Shown: positions 12,873-26,111 of the stretch, piece by piece
How the letters are laid out: every line of letters starts with the position of its first letter
Position numbering within the stretch: the first letter of the stretch is position 1
NCBI GenBank assembly: GCA_054600435.1
Contig: BAAIJX010000043.1
Coordinates: forward strand, 62,001 to 126,000
DNA from: Neophaeotheca triangularis
Taxonomy: Eukaryota
DNA length: 64,000 nt
Reading direction: 5' to 3'
Translations under genes and position numbers: made by a program
The notes under the pieces: generated by a model
The model's database searches: none
Told to the model about the DNA's origin: nothing
Seen by the model: only the letters and a program-made list of their open reading frames with translations

Positions 12873-13750
12873 ATGGCAGATGAGAAGACCCCGCTAGAAC
12901 CTCCTCCATCCTACGATGAGACTGGGAGACCAACGCCCGTCCCTACCAAGGGCCCAAGACCCCCGGGTCCTCTGGACCTCCCGGCCTTGAACATGATCAG
13001 AGGCAAGAGGGTCATCCTGGCCTCAGCCTCGCCTCGCCGGAGACAATTGCTTGCTCAGGTACGCTGCTTCCCAGCCGGCGCATAGCCTGCAAGCAACCGT
13101 AGCATTTGCTGAGCGAGTAGTTGTAGTAACATGGACCGCATTTCTAGATCGGCCTCGGCGAGAGTCTTGAGATAATCCCATCCACAGTCCCAGAGGACAG
13201 GTCCAAGTCCCTCGCCCCTTTCGAGTACGTTCTCGAAACGGCATCGCAAAAGGCACTGAACGTCTACTCCGAAACCATCGACTCTCCCAAAGGCGATCCC
13301 GTTCTGGTTATCGCCGCCGATACAGTCGTCTCCAGCCACATGGGCGAGATTCTGGAGAAGCCTCGCTCGGAAAAGGAGCACGTGCAAGTGCTGAAGATGC
13401 TGCGGGACCAGAACAATGGCTGGCACAAGGTCTATACTGCTGTTGTCTGCATGGCGCCTCTGGAGAGTGCTACGGACCCGGGCTATGCTATGGAAACACA
13501 CGTCGAGGAGACGGCTGTGAAATTTGATCCCGACGTCACGGATGATTTGATCTTGAGCTATGTGCGGACGAGAGAGGGTGCGGATAAGGCTGGTGGGTAT
13601 GGAATACAGGGGATTGGCAGTATACTGGTGGAGAAGATTGAGGGGACTTTTGACAATGTTGTTGGGTTGCCGCTGAGGGCGACGTTGCAATTGATTGAGA
13701 AGGTGATTGTTGAGCCTGAGGTGAGAGAGGAAGTGGAAGAGGCTATTTGA
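12873..13750 (+). CDS. Maf-like nucleoside triphosphate pyrophosphatase; exons 12873-13058, 13148-13750
   Basis: Motifs VILASASPRRRQLL, VIAADTVV, ILEKP, DKAGGYGIQG and NVVGLPL. Intron GTACGC(13059)..TAG(13147) keeps the frame. Confidence 0.92.
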
Positions 13751-14249
13751 GGCATCCTTAATACTCTCGTGGCTCTGATAACGGGCATTGGCGTTTCAAA
13801 TCGAGACCTCGACATAGATTTGTACATGGGTACGTTTTGACGACTTTCCCATGCTTCTGTGGGTGGCCTCGTAGCGCAGGTCAAGCAACCAGAACCGTTT
13901 GTTCGCGTCGGGCTTGTTAGACACTGAACGCGAACTTTGAGCCATGGCGAAAAGGTCTGCCACGATCACCATCTTCTCGCGGGTACAGCATGCCAGCCTC
14001 CAACGAAGACCACTGATGTCCCCAGCGCTCCCGCAGTGGGATATCATCAAATCCCACAGCATCGAAGGGCGCGTGGCTTTTAAAAGCTGGTAAATTTGCT
14101 CAGACGAACTTGGATAGCTTCCGCATAGCAGACCACGGGCGAGAGTGGCGGCGTTGCTAGGAGGTAGTCATTAGGTTGTTGTTGCACTATGAAAAGCTCC
14201 CACTGGCTTCTGGTGTGTTCCCGCCTTGGGTACCACCAGCATGGTCGCG

Positions 14250-15714
14250 TTAGTTTCCAGTGTCTTGTATTGCCGGGATTTCACCAGTCCCACGATCAAC
14301 GTCATTTTGCCGTGCCATAGTTGGCACAGGACCGTCGCGTTGAAGGTCGGCGTTATTGCCGGATTGCAGTCCTGTTCCCTGCGCCGTAGAGCCATGTCTG
14401 AGGCTGTCGTCGCTACCTTGTCGCTGCTCGGTCTCTGCAAGTGCAGACTCGTTCTTGATATTATTGTTCTCGCTGTTTTTTTGCCTGTCCCGCTGTGGTG
14501 AAAAAGATACATACTGGCTGTCATCGTTTACATGTTGCTGTCTGATATTTGTCGGCGTATGGTCTTGTTCTAAGCTACCGCCACTCTTGCTACCGGGTCC
14601 TAATGTAGTCGAAGCAAAGTCGACTTGAGAAACATCACCATGGCTTCGTTTCCGTCCAGTCTCTTGAGTCGTAGAGTCATGCTGCGAGTCTTGATAGGAG
14701 TGGCTTGGTGTCTCGGTGCGATTCTTATCTGAGACTTCATTAGTCTCCACGATGCTTCCGTCCTGTTGGAGCGCCACAGTTTCTCGATGACTTTCTTGGG
14801 CAGCTAGAGTCTGGCTTTGCTCATGGGTTGCAGGCTTTTGTCTTGAGGTTGGCGCCGAACTCTCCACTCTTTGCGAAGCCCTTGATGCAGTGGACAACAT
14901 CTTTGGCTGCCCGGCGTTCGATCCTGGATAGGGCGCTGTTGGTTGAATCGACTGATATGTCGCCTGGTCTGGAATGGGACCGTACGAAGGTGGCAGTGCG
15001 CCGGGACGAGCGTACGGCATGATGTAAGGGGGCTGCGGTGGTGGGTATGCGGGCCAGGCGTGATACTGAGGGTACTGATATGGAGGAGGCGCGTTTTCTG
15101 GCAGAGCGGTAACTGTGGTCATGACCGTCGTCTCTTCGCTTGTTTCGCTTGATGAGCTGGACTCGCTCGTCGCACTGTCTTCTGTCGATGAACTAGGCTC
15201 GATCGCGGTCGTTGGTGCAACTGTCACTTGGGTGATGGTGCTCGGTTCCTCATCCTCTCCACCGATTATGGCGTTTGCCACGCCGTTCACTACGTCCAAG
15301 CCCCCCTGTACGATCTTTCCGAATATATCTCTCACAACGGATCTTCCAAGGAGCCCTTCCTCCCTTTTGAGGTCGCTCGAGCAATGTAGCTTGACTGCAG
15401 GTGTAGCATTGCTCTTGTTGGAAATTAGGCCGCACTGCCGTGGCATCTGAACCACTACCGGTATTGCCGCTGACATTCCGGGCTTGTCGCGGGAGCCGAG
15501 GAATGTGTGCGTCGAAGCGCCAGTCTCGTTTTCATTTGGCCCCTGGACAGTCCACGAAGATGGAGCCTTGCAAGAAAATACTGTCGGCTACGTGTTCACG
15601 TCGTCAGCCAAACCGATCTCAAGGTGCTAGTACCAGAAACCTCACTGTGTATATTAAGATGCATGTTGTGATGACGATGCCCTCGAAGCATTGGATTTTT
15701 GGGTAAAGGCGCAT
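14250..15714 (-). CDS. Hypothetical protein (hydrophobic N-terminus, S/T-rich then P/Y- and Q/S-rich); exons 15714-15646, 15587-14250; possible extra 3' exon near 14157-13796
   Basis: The 408-aa ORF stays open upstream to an acceptor at 15588. Intron GTGAGG..GCTGAC..TAG joins MRLYPKIQCFEGIVITTCILIYT in phase 0. No family recognised. Confidence 0.45.
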
Positions 15715-16720
15715 ATTTGCTCATCCGTGGTGTCGATGTCGAAGTAGGTTGCTGTCGAGGCAGGGCTATTCCAAGAATAGGCAGTAACGGGCTATTTGTT
15801 AGAACAGTGTTGGCAGCAGAACCTTTTGTCGAAGCTAAGGGCGTGTGGTGGCCACCAGCAAAGCAGACCGCTGTCCTCGACTCTCTCAGTACCTTGTGAC
15901 ACATTTGTTTGGCTTGTGGCAAATTATGTTGGAGGAAGGTTGATTACTCCGTCATTCGTCAGCCACTGTTGTGAAGCCTGTAAATGTTAGGGTTGAAGAA
16001 GGAGGCAAAAGAAGCAGGTGGTAGAAAGTGATGCCTTCCGAATTCGGGCGGGCTTCTCAGGAGCGGGTGGTTTGAGCTGTCACGTCGAGATACGGTATGG
16101 ACACCATGAGATATAAGTATCATCGTGCGGACTACTGTGTGCGTGATGCCTGGGTTCGCTCGCGCATCGTTTCAATGTCAACCCGCACTCTTGAAGGCAT
16201 CGGGTGATTATATCAGTGGTTCCAAAGCCACATGCGGGACGCACTCAGAACGAGGAAAATCCGGTGTTGAGAATCATGCGAAATCTGCAATTTTTTCGAG
16301 GGGATAAGGTAATGTACCTGGTGGGAAGTAGGAGATGAGGTACCTAGGAGGTACCCAGGAGATGTAGGTAGTAGAAGATCCAACAGCCCGGAAGCCAAAA
16401 GCGGGGGAGCCAGGGACGATACGACGTATCGGGGATAGTGGCATTGCCGCCTACATTAATTAGATGAATGCGGTTTGGCACGGGAATACGTGTGTAGGTA
16501 GGTAGATGTAACGTTAGATGTAGTTAGATGGCCTCATTCAGATGGTATAGACGTTTAGTCCGTGATCCGTACCTCATTCTCTCATCCTATTACGCCTTTT
16601 CCGATACTGCTGCTCTCTGTCCACGGAAAACCCCAACATGTATTATTGCTTGGCTCTCGACACCTACAGCAGCCCCATGGAAACAAAGACCCGCGCCGTA
16701 TCCAGCTCTCTTCCTGCCAG

Positions 16721-19700
16721 ATGAATCCATCCACCTCCCCATGGGACAACAGTAGCAGCACCAACTCCGCTTCGCGATCGACCGGCGACGGCACAAGATC
16801 CATCTTTACTGCGCCCGACTCTTTCGCTCCGGCTGGTGTGCAGAGTGATTCCCTGGTCGACCGCCAGAACAGCCCTTTCACGCGCCGCCGCGTTCCCGAC
16901 GAAAACGAAGCGGCGGATATACAAGCGGCGGCCGATAGAAGTGTTGCTGCGGGCATAAGAGCAACTGTTGGTACCGTCGACACCAAACGCGGCTTTCAAG
17001 CAGCTTGGGGAAGCCAGACGTTGGCTGGGAAGAAACGCAAAGCGGAAGAGGCTCCCTCGACTACCGCCACCACCACCCCTGGGAAGCCCCCCATTACCGA
17101 AACGGGCGCAAAACGAGCTCGCCCCAAGCAGAAAAACAGGCATAGACCCACCAAACCCTTTGGATCATCCTCCCTAGCTCTGCCACAAAGGGATCCTTTC
17201 CAGCCTTCATTGGCCCCTCCGAGTCCGCTGTTCTTCAGCAACAGTCCGCGGCCTCGCCCGACGCTGCCTCCTCGCTTCTCAAGTTCCGAAGCCGGTGAAA
17301 CCATGCTGAGTAAAGCGCGTGGTGAGGACAAGCAAGTCAAGACTGTGAGCTTAGCAAAAGGCACGGTCAATGCTCCAGTATATACGCCCAGTGCTCCAAC
17401 GAGTAACCCAGGGCAAACAAGAACGCACAGTAACAGTGTCGAGCGTAGTAGCGTTCGAAGGAGTAGCAGCACGGATGGCGGCAGCAGCAACACAGGCAGG
17501 GACAGTTCGACTAGCATGGGAGCTATGCTTAATTCCATCGGGGTAGTGGAGTTGTTGGAACAAGACGAAAGGCCAACCTTTATCACAGATCTTGGAGAGC
17601 CGAGCAATTACGGACAAGGTCCATTGCACAGCGTTTTCGCAAACCAGGCTCTCACCTCCAACGTCGGCTTGTTTGAGCAAATCACCGGCACTGCCCTGTC
17701 GTCGCCAGGCTCGCAGGATTTCATGCAATTCAAGTCATGGCTACTGTCCGCCGCCGTAGGGGGAGAAAGTCTCAACGTTTGTTTGCCCGCAGTACAATTT
17801 GCCGGCCTGAATTGGAATTGTTCGACTTTGCGGAAACGTCTACGAATCGTGAGCGGAACATTCACTTCTCAAACGCCCACGAGCAACGTCTCGGCAGCTT
17901 ATGCAAATATCGCTTCAACCGGACCTTCTGGTCAACCGGGTAGTGCCAGCACTGGCATGCCCCTGTCTGCGGGCAGTAATGCTCTAACCAACGTTGAGCC
18001 ATCCGATTACTTTGGCACAGCAGCAGCGGAAAAACCAATGTCAGTCTGTTCCAAGAGTTCAGAAGTCATGCCAACGATAGAGTCGAATGCCTCCGCCCAG
18101 CTGAACGCTCCGAATGCCCAAAGTGGCATGGCCATGCATGATGGATCTGCTTTCATTGATTTGCTGCCGTCGCCTAGCACGTACGTATCAAATGTTTTCC
18201 CATCCTCTGATCCTCGAGCCCTAGCTGCGCTCCTTAGGGATGGAGAACATTGCTGACTGATCTGTTAGCCAAATCGCACTTGCACCCACCGATGCACCCT
18301 CATTCGATTGGACACGCCTACCAATCACGGATTCAATGCCGCAACACATACGTTTTGCAAGATCAATCGACTGGTCGCAAACTTCGCTCGGTCCTATAGA
18401 TTTCTGGAGCTCGGACTTGCGACAAATGTGCAATCTGATCATGGCATCACCTCATCCAGGTGAGATTAACTCAAGCTATCTATTGAATGTGGTTACTGAT
18501 CATCCTCCGCAGCCGCCATGTATTGGGGCGAAGACCTAATCGCTATCTACAACGAAGCGTACATTCTACTAGCTGGGCAAAAGCATCCTACACTCATGGG
18601 CCAAAGCTATCGAGAAGCATGGGCTGAAATCTGGGACGAGGTCAGAGAAGTATTTGCCACGGCTAAGAGCACTGGCGAAGCTACCATGAAAGACGATGAT
18701 TGTCTCTTTATCAAGCGAAACAACTATCTGGAAGAGACTTACTTTTCGTGGTCGATTATTCCCATGGTAGGCGGCGACGGGTCTGTCATGGGCCTCTATA
18801 ACCCGGCATTCGAGAAAACCCGACGCAGAATCGCCGAGCGACGCATGCTTACGCTTCGGGAAATAGGCGAGCGAACGGCCGCAGCGAGAGATGTTAAAGG
18901 CTTCTGGGAACAAGTGCTCGGTGCCTTTGCTTTTAACGCTCACGACTCACCGTTCATGCTCCTTTACTCCGTCGCAGATGACAACGACAGCGATAGCAGC
19001 AGCATGCATTCCAATTCTGTCTCGACGGCGCGGCAATGTTCGCTGGAGGGCTCGTTGGGCGTTCCAGAAGGCCACATTGCTGCACCAAGCCAGATCGACC
19101 TGAAAGCTGGTATGGAAGGGTTTGGACCGGTTTTCCGTGAGGTGATGAACACTGATAAGCCTGTGCTTCTTGAGGTTGGAAGCAGAGACCTCCCTGAAGG
19201 CCTATTGGAAGGTCTGGAATGGAGAGGCTTTGGTGACCCGGTCCGAGCAGTGGTGATCTGCCCGATCCATCCTACGACGGGTGAAAGCATCCTTGGTTTC
19301 TTGGTTCTCGGCGTGAATCCTCGTAGGCCATACGATGACGACTACAGCTTGTTCGTACAGTTACTGAGTCGCCAATTGGCAACAAGCCTGGCGTCGGTCG
19401 TCTTGTTTGAGGAAGAAATTCGGAGGGGACAAAAGGCAGCCAAGTTGGCGGCTTTGGACCGCATTGAGCTATCGGAGCAGCTAGAGGCAAGGACGAGAGA
19501 AGCCATAGAGAGCGAGTCGAGGTTTACCCGCATGGCAGAGTTCGCGCCGGTTGGTATGTTCATTGCTGGCTCTGATGGGCGCATTGTGTTCGCCAACGAT
19601 ACTTGGTATGACATATCAGGAGTTCCAAAGGATAGAAGCATGGCCGACACTTGGATGGAGTCGGTACATCCTGCGGACAAGGACATGCTGGTAAAGCTCT

Positions 19701-21583
19701 GGCACGACCTCGTGGTCGACACCAAGTCCGTGAGCTCCGAGTTCCGTTTCAAGGCACCCTGGTCGGAGAAGTATCGCGACACTACTAGGGAAGGCGAGAC
19801 ATGGGTTCTTTTCAGTGCTTACCCAGAGCCTTATGCCGACTCTGGCAAGCTGAAGAGCATTTTCGGCAGTATAACAAACATCAGCCAGCAAAAGTGGGCA
19901 GAGGGCATACAGACACGCAAGATGGAAGAGGCGGTTGAGCTGAAGCGGCAAAAGGACAACTTCATCGACATCACCAGTCATGAAATGCGCAATCCCCTCT
20001 CCGCGATGCTGCAGTGCAGTGATGAGATCACTACGAGTATCAACAATTACAGGAAAAAGCTCGCCAGCACTGACAAGAAGCTCGACGACAACGGTGACGA
20101 CGTACTTGCCAACTGCCTAGATGCCGCACAGACGATTAGCCTTTGCAGCCAACATCAGAAGCGGATTGTGGATGACATCCTCACTCTGTCAAAACTCGAC
20201 TCCGCCTTACTACTCGTTACGCCAGTGGAAGCGCAGCCACTGACCGTGGTCAAGCGCGCTCTCAAAATGCATGAGGGGGAGCTCCAGGCTGCCGACATTC
20301 AGATGAAATTCGTCGTCGACCAGAGTTTCCGCGACCTCGGTCTTGACTGGGTTCGTTTCGACCCAAGTAGGGTACTGCAGGTGCTCATCAACCTGACAAC
20401 CAACGCCATTAAATTCACGACGAACGAAAGGAAGAGAACCGTCACGGTCACTATTGCTACCTCTCTCACTCGTCCCTCCGAAGCCACCAACCCACCGGTC
20501 GCGTTCTTCCCGCCCAGGAGGAAGCCTGCCGATCTGTTTTCATCTCGCGATTGGGGCGATGGTCAAAGCGTATACATTCTCTTTTCGGTCGCAGACACGG
20601 GCAGAGGGTTGAGTGCGGAAGAGAAGAAGCTCCTCTTCCTGCGGTTTTCGCAGGCGACGCCTCGCACGCACATCACATACGGCGGCAGTGGCCTCGGCCT
20701 CTTCATTTCCAGAGAATTGACCGAATTGCAGGGCGGCGAAATAGGTGTCGAGAGCGAAGCCGGGAAAGGGAGTACCTTCGCTTTCTACGTCTTGGCTCGA
20801 AGGAGCGAGCCGCCTTCGGGGGACAGTGTTGCAGCTGCTAACGGAGGCGCTGCAAGAATCCCCAGCGATGCCGTGGGCAAAAAGGAGGCTTTGGCCTTGG
20901 CCTCCAAACCCGACGGCATGGGTAAGCTGCAGGTGCCGGCCGTGGGGGAGAGAGCGGTGGACAAGGAAGAGGCCGCTAAAGTCGTCAGGAAAGTTTTAAT
21001 TGTGGAAGACAGTGAGTGACAATACCTAAAAGCTGACATTGTTGTGGTACGGTAAGACTAACGAAGAACAACCTAGATCTCGTCAACCAGCGCGTCCTAC
21101 AAAAACAACTCAAGAACCTCGGCACCGAAGTTCATTTGGCAAACCACGGCGGCGAGGCACTGGAAAAGCTTCGGCAGTCGACTTACTGGACAGATCCAGA
21201 TGGCTCCAAGGAGCTTGAGCTAGGCGTGGTGCTCATGGACCAGGAAATGCCGGTCATGGACGGCTTGACGTGCACACGACGCATCCGCGAGCTCGAAAAG
21301 GAGGGCAGGCTCACCGGGCATATTCCAATAATCGCAGTCACCGCAAATGCCAGAGCGGAACAGATACAGACAGCTCTCGATGCTGGGATGGTGAGTATTC
21401 GGCTGATTCTTTCACCCCGTCAATGTCTAGCATGCCGTCGCTAACACGTGATTGCAGGACGATGTGGTGTCCAAGCCCTTCCGAATTCCTGAGCTGGTAC
21501 CCAAGATCGAAGAACTGATGGCTCGGTACCCGATGCCCGCAAAACAGAGCGGCGTGGCCGGTGGTGCGACGGCTACAAAGTGA
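16721..21583 (+). CDS. Hybrid sensor histidine kinase with PAS/GAF-like input, HisKA, HATPase and receiver (probably fungal group XI type); exons 16721-18180, 18269-18459, 18513-21011, 21077-21390, 21458-21583
   Basis: H-box FIDITSHEMRNPL, N-box QVLINLTTNAIKFT, G1 DTGRG, G2 YGGSGLGL, receiver VLIVEDNLVNQ..VLMDQEMPVMDG..SKPF. All four introns are canonical and frame-preserving. Group assignment is inference. Confidence 0.92.
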
Positions 21584-23870
21584 TATCGCATGGTTCGTTG
21601 GGCGTCATTGTGGGCGTTTTTGAAAACATTGCCGCCGGCATTACACGGCAGTTTGCAGGGTTTCGGTTGCATTGCGGGACGGAATTTTAGTCGCGATTGG
21701 GAACGGCAGGATAGCTTGCAAGTCGCGCGCTCATCCAGTCGTTCTACCTAGATACCTATGCGTGGCGTCTTACCTCCCGGAGCACCACAGGGGTCCCAGC
21801 AGGCTCCCGGCTTCTGGCTCTCTTCTATGAACAGGGGGCATTTGCAGCGGCGTCGATCTCGGTAATGATGGACTAGCCTCATGTACGAGTACGACGGTAT
21901 TGATGGCGGTCTCTATTCGCTTTGCCCGGCCCTTTGCCTCTTCTCGCGATGATTGTATGAGCCTTAGCATATGCCGACGCGCAGCTTGCGTGGTGTGTCA
22001 CCTTGGGCTTCTCGCAAGTTGCTTCCCCGGCTGCTGTGACACGGCGGACAATAGCTGCCGGCGCGAGATCGAGTCGGAAGTATTTTTGACTATAGGGTCA
22101 TCAGCTTGCTGGGCGCGAAGACGGCCTGTCGATCTGCAGGTTACTAATGCGCCTGTGCAGAATTGTCCAGAGTGTTTTTCCGTCTCCGTCTCCGTTCTCT
22201 CGTTTCCATCGCTGCTATCAGGGGTCAGAGTGGGACGCTGCAGCCTGCAGGGTTGGGACCGATTGAGTTAATGCTGTTCGTTGGCATACCCTGCACTGTA
22301 GCCCTAGGCGATGCGATGCCATGCAGCGGATGCGCGCATGTCCAGCGCTATAGCGTCTTGCTCGCATGAACTGCAAGTCTGGCGGCGAAAGTGGCTCGGA
22401 CGAGGCGTGGGGTTGACGAATACATAAGATGTCCCTCGACATTTACTACTTACAGTACATAGGGGGTAAATAATACGGTAAGGTTGTCGACAAGTCCATT
22501 GCGTCAAAAGTGCGGAAACTCGCGCTCGCCTGAGTTGGGATGGGATGCTGCCCTTGGGCTACCGTACACCCCTAGGAGATAGAGGTGACGGGCGAGCGGC
22601 TTGATTCATACCTCCATTAGAGCAAATCATGAGCATCCACGCGAACACCTGTTCAGCGCCAGTGATCTCAACCGATATTCACCACCATTCATCCCATCCC
22701 ATACCATACCATACTCTTTCCGACAGCCTGATCCGAGGCATGGCACGTGCGACCTGATTCAGAGCCTCGGCAGGCTCTACACTAAACTATAACTCGCTCG
22801 TGAGTCGTTCCCCTGCGTCGTTGACGCCGTTGCAAAAGGGCACGAATCGAGGGTGAGAAGACGAACAAAAGGAAACGCCTTGACCTTGGGCGTGTCGCGA
22901 CTCGTTAGAAGTCGAGAAAGTTGAAAGGGCAATCTTTGCCGAGCTTGGAACGAATCGGCACGGAATCTTGGCTCGACTTGACTCGCTGCCTTCCGGCGAC
23001 TGTTCCCAGCGCCGGGTCGCTGGGTCGAGCGGGACGGGGGATTTCTGCCCTTAAGGTAGGTTTCTTTCTGCCCTTATCGCCGCCTCTTCCGCCGAGGACA
23101 GAAGGTCAGTAAGGTAGGTACTACTAGTAGGTAGTTATCGAAATCGCTGCCGAGACCGACCCATGCTGTTCGGAGGGACCACCTGTTTGGTCGTGCTGCG
23201 ATTCATTAATTTATCATTCAAGGTACCTAAGTTACCAGATTTATAACCCACAACCGATCTACCTCCAATCGCCATTCATCCGTGAGTCGTCGTCAAAGGA
23301 ACCCGCCCTCTGCTTCTAGGGAGGTGTTGGACGCTGCATGAGAGAATGATTGGCAATCGCTCGCAAAGAGACGCAGTCGGCTAGCTTCTTCTTGTTGTTC
23401 TTCTTCTTCTTCAGACCCGACATATCGGCACCGGCGGTCGCGAGTGGTCAGGAAGAGCTCCGTGGGATCGGGCGTAGATCCTCATAGATTGCTCACAAAA
23501 CTTGACAGGTCGACTCATCATCAAGCTTGGAAGCTGGAAAACAAACGGCACGCAACGCCTTGTGCACGAGCTTGACAGTACGGCGCTTGCCCTACGCAGT
23601 CGCTCACTTGATGCTTGCCTGGTGTCTTGTTCTGGATTCCTTACCAGGTACTAGTACGTTCTCAACTTCTCACCTTCTGGGCGATGCTGATCCTTACAGA
23701 AACAAGCCGAGGTCTAACAATACTAAGCGACGAGCCGCATGAACGGGCGGGCTTCGTTGCATAAAAAACAAACGGTGATGATGTGTTGACGAGCTTTTCC
23801 GTAAGTACCTACTTTACCTTATACTTGTACCTCCTTTCGTGAATCCTGCAAGAAGCGGGGCACGGTACAA

Positions 23871-23901
23871 CTCTCTCTCTCTCTCTCTCTCTCCCTCTCT
23901 C
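23871..23901. repeat. (CT)n microsatellite
   Basis: About 15 CT units with one interruption, read directly. Confidence 0.9.
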
Positions 23902-25188
23902 CTCAAGAGTCTCTTCCTACTACTGCCCTCATGGCCGACGACCAGACGACCCATCAGTAGCACAGACGGGACTTGCAGTGCTTGATTTGTTGTTGGATAA
24001 TGCTCCTTGCTTCGCGCAATGAATAATGCCGGCGACTCCGCGAAATGTACCCAGAGACCCGGTAAGGTGGTCGTCTAGTCCCATGTCCTTCTCGCCAGCT
24101 TAATGGATCGTGGACGGCGTACAAGCCCCGCCGTGTTTCGAGACGGTCGCTCAGCAGCAGTCGTGTCAGACAGCATGGGGCATATCTCGTCCCAGGTGCT
24201 TGGTGTCGTCGCGTCATTCGGCCGGATGAACACTAGTAAGGGTATGAATATGGCATGGCGGTCAAAGAGAGCGCAGCTACAAGTACCCGACCTAACCTAT
24301 AGTATCGGACCCTTGACGATATGATATGTACAGCGGCTGAGGTAATTAATTACAGGACTAAGATAAAGTACCTACCTACCTTGGGCATGCGGGATGTGAT
24401 GTTTAGAAGTAGGTTGGTTACCTATCTGTAGGTGAGGTACCTCTAGGTATAGGTAGTGATACGGCGGGGCGCGACGGTGCTGTAACCTGTTCCCAGAGCC
24501 ATGGACGACGTGCCTAACGCCGCCTGCTACTACTAGTACCTACAAGTAGCTACCTTTAGTCCCGAGATCCAATGGAACCCGGCACGTTGGTACCAAAGAC
24601 GCTAGATTTGGCAAGTGCCACGGCCTTGAGCGTCTTCTGAGCCAGCACCCCCACCGGTGCCGCTCGGTCAAGGGTGTGTAGCAGGGTACATGATAAATAA
24701 TGTAGATTATTATTATAATAATATGTACGCACTTAGTTCTACCCAATAATGCCATGGGCATGGTGGGTCGAGGATGACTGAGGGCTGCGGGCCGGTGAGC
24801 GTTGCAAGTACCTGCCCGATGGGTGCAATCTATTGCTACGGACTAATGTATACCGTGGTGACGTCTGAAGACAGCCCATCTACCTGGGTGGGTAACTTGA
24901 CAGTAGTAACTTGACGGTATTTATCAAATGACGCTGATGACTTCTCCCGTGAAGACCGGGGCCCATTAGGTAGGTAGCTGTGAGTCTAAGTGATAGAGTA
25001 CCAAAGTCGGGTAGAGAAAAGCGACGAAAGCCGACGCCACTTGCGGCCACTCTTAACGTGCCTCTTGGCGGACAAGTTGGGTGCAGGTGGGTGAGCCTGG
25101 CTTGGGTCCTGAGTCCGGACGTAGCGGAGGGCTGGCCTGGCGGGTGGGATGGTGGTGGCGGTGGTAGTGGTGATGGTGGTGATGGTGA

Positions 25189-25226
25189 CACATTCACATT
25201 CACATTCACATTCACATTCACACACA
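25189..25226. repeat. (CACATT)5 followed by (CA)n microsatellite
   Basis: Five tandem CACATT units, read directly. Confidence 0.9.
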
Positions 25227-25597
25227 AACACATTTGGTACCCATTTTACTACTGCCCATACTTGCAAGTACCTGGTATGTACTATGTAGGTACCTAGTCA
25301 CACAGGCGAGAATGCTGCACCACTCATTAGCTCTTCTTCTTCCTTTTTCACTTCCCGCCCATGAACCCGACACAACGGTCGCGGCGCTGGCGTGACGAGC
25401 TAACGCGCGCCGCCTCGTTCCCTCCCGGCAGGACGAACCTTGAAGATGGATACCTGGGTACATGACCATGGCATGTACTGCAAGCTACGCCCGCCCAGGG
25501 CATGTACCAAGTCTTACTTTTGGTTAGAACCTGGCTCCGAGGCTACGACACGCATAACGCCCGTCTGCCAGCGAGTCGGTAATCGTGGTCTTTTATT

Positions 25598-25706
25598 GTC
25601 GTCGTCGTTGTCGTCGTCGTCGTCGTTGTCGTCGTCCTCATCCTCCTCCTCCTGCTCCTTCTCCTCCCGCTCCCCCTCCGCCTCCTCATCTTCTTCCTCC
25701 TTCTTC
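25598..25706. repeat. Imperfect (TCG)n/(TCC)n pyrimidine-rich tract upstream of laeA
   Basis: Read directly; CT-rich tracts are typical of fungal promoter/5' UTR regions. Confidence 0.75.
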
Positions 25707-26111
25707 CCTTTGGACTGAGCCTTCTCCCCTCATCCTCCCGATATTGAGCTCAATCCAACTGTCGCCTGTCTCTGTCGCACCTCGCCGCGACTCAAGCCGC
25801 CATCACATCACCACCACCTAACTCCTAGTCACCACCATCTCCCTACGCCACCCTCGTGTTTGCGTCGCCATTGTTTCTTTGGGGGGGTTTGTTGTCCTTC
25901 TTGCCTCGCCGACATACCCTGCACGCATACGCACCCACATACATACCCCAATTGTTCCTTCTCACCTGCACATATCACACCACCAAGCAGCCTCCGCGGG
26001 CTTTGTGTTTCAGCTTTAAAGCAAAATTCGGCCAAATAAACCCACCTACGCCGTCCTTGCAACGACTTCTCGCTCAACGACAGTCTGCCTTGCCATGGGA
26101 ATTGATTGGCA

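Noticed and set aside
13059..13147. Twin-intron (stwintron) structure in the Maf intron, suggested by internal branch/AG signals
   Set aside because: The residual external intron would be about 22 nt, too short to splice.
16562..16720. GTG-initiated N-terminal extension of the histidine kinase
   Set aside because: The open stretch is short and not distinctive; ATG 16721 or an unseen upstream exon is more parsimonious.
21584..26000. Transposon relic, tRNA or C/D snoRNA in the large intergenic gap
   Set aside because: By eye there are no terminal repeats, AT-rich RIP block, cloverleaf or paired C/D boxes; a covariance-model scan was not run.
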